Origin: Mytilus californianus
Lineage: Eukaryota
Length of the DNA: 64,000 bases
Direction: 5' to 3'
NCBI RefSeq assembly: GCF_021869535.1
Contig: NW_026262615.1
Coordinates: 682,001 to 746,000 of the forward strand
Shown: in pieces, positions 63,523-64,000 of the stretch
Layout: each line of letters starts with the position of its first letter
How positions within the stretch are numbered: the first letter of the stretch is position 1
Translations under genes and position numbers: made by a program
Notes under the pieces: generated by a model
Databases searched by the model: none
What the model was told of the DNA's origin: nothing
Seen by the model: the letters and a program-made list of their open reading frames with translations, nothing else

Positions 63523-63790
63523 AAAAAAGAGGGTAATGATACCAAAGAAATATTCATACTCATAAGGCAAAATAAACTGACAATTCCATGGCATAAAAAC
63601 GAATAACGACGAAAAGCCAACAACAGACTGACCAACACGAACCCCCAACAAAAACAAGGATGGATATCAGGTGCTCCGGAAGGTTTAGCAAACCGAGCTC
63701 CACATGTGATATCCGTCGTGCTGCTCATGTAAGTACAAACCCGTTGACCGATCTAATTCGGGAGGTCACATTCGGGGAAAAGGGGAGAGG
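63523..63790 (-). repeat. Penelope-like 3'-end-derived repeat (long form)
   Basis: GATACCAAAG...CATACTCATAAG...ACGAACCCC..CAAAAAC...TCAGGTGCTCCGGAAGG...CTCCACATGTG..ATCCGTCGTG as at 40414-40672. Confidence 0.8.
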
Positions 63791-64000
63791 ATTATGGTAA
63801 AGACAGTTGTCTGTTTGTTTTGTTCACACATTGTTGTCAATATAATGGAATTCCTTTTGACTATCATACGTGAAAAGTTACGTTAGCTAAAAAACAGGTT
63901 TAATCCACCATTTTTTAACATAACGAAATGACTGTACCAAGTCAGGAATATGACGGTTGTTTTCCATTCATTTAATGTGTTTGAGCTTTTGATTTTGCCT

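Noticed and set aside
7347-63728. Many 60-120 aa hydrophobic or Lys-rich ORFs in the ORF track (e.g. 8019, 14024, 33362, 40408, 42388, 63504)
   Set aside because: They overlay T-rich or A-rich interspersed repeats and microsatellites; their composition explains the apparent membrane or low-complexity peptides.

Overview
AT-rich, repeat-dominated eukaryotic DNA, most consistent with a bivalve mollusc (mussel-like; inferred from the repeat families, not proven). There is one clear host gene: a class A peptide GPCR on the minus strand (25284-26435, FMRFamide/CNMamide-receptor-like), whose coding region is uninterrupted. Almost everything else is mobile DNA. (1) A decayed APE-RT LINE (1-3372). 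(2) A decayed Penelope-like element with N-terminal GIY-YIG, CxC linker and C-terminal RT (Naiad-type, 9512-12910, minus), split by a TTAA-flanked MITE, plus many fragments of it. (3) A young 5'-truncated L2/Crack-like LINE with an intact 1138-aa ORF2 carrying a 2A/StopGo motif (DIEPNPGP). (4) tRNA-derived SINEs, further TTAA MITEs, a Helentron-associated element and minisatellites. The most striking signal is invisible in the ORF track: more than a dozen minimal type I hammerhead-ribozyme motifs in three sequence variants whose stems co-vary. These include a head-to-tail 355-bp dimer (51573-52153) with two perfect ribozymes, i.e. a retrozyme predicted to release a 355-nt self-cleaved, circularisable RNA. 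All calls come from manual reading; no searches or folding programs were run, and many repeat boundaries are approximate.
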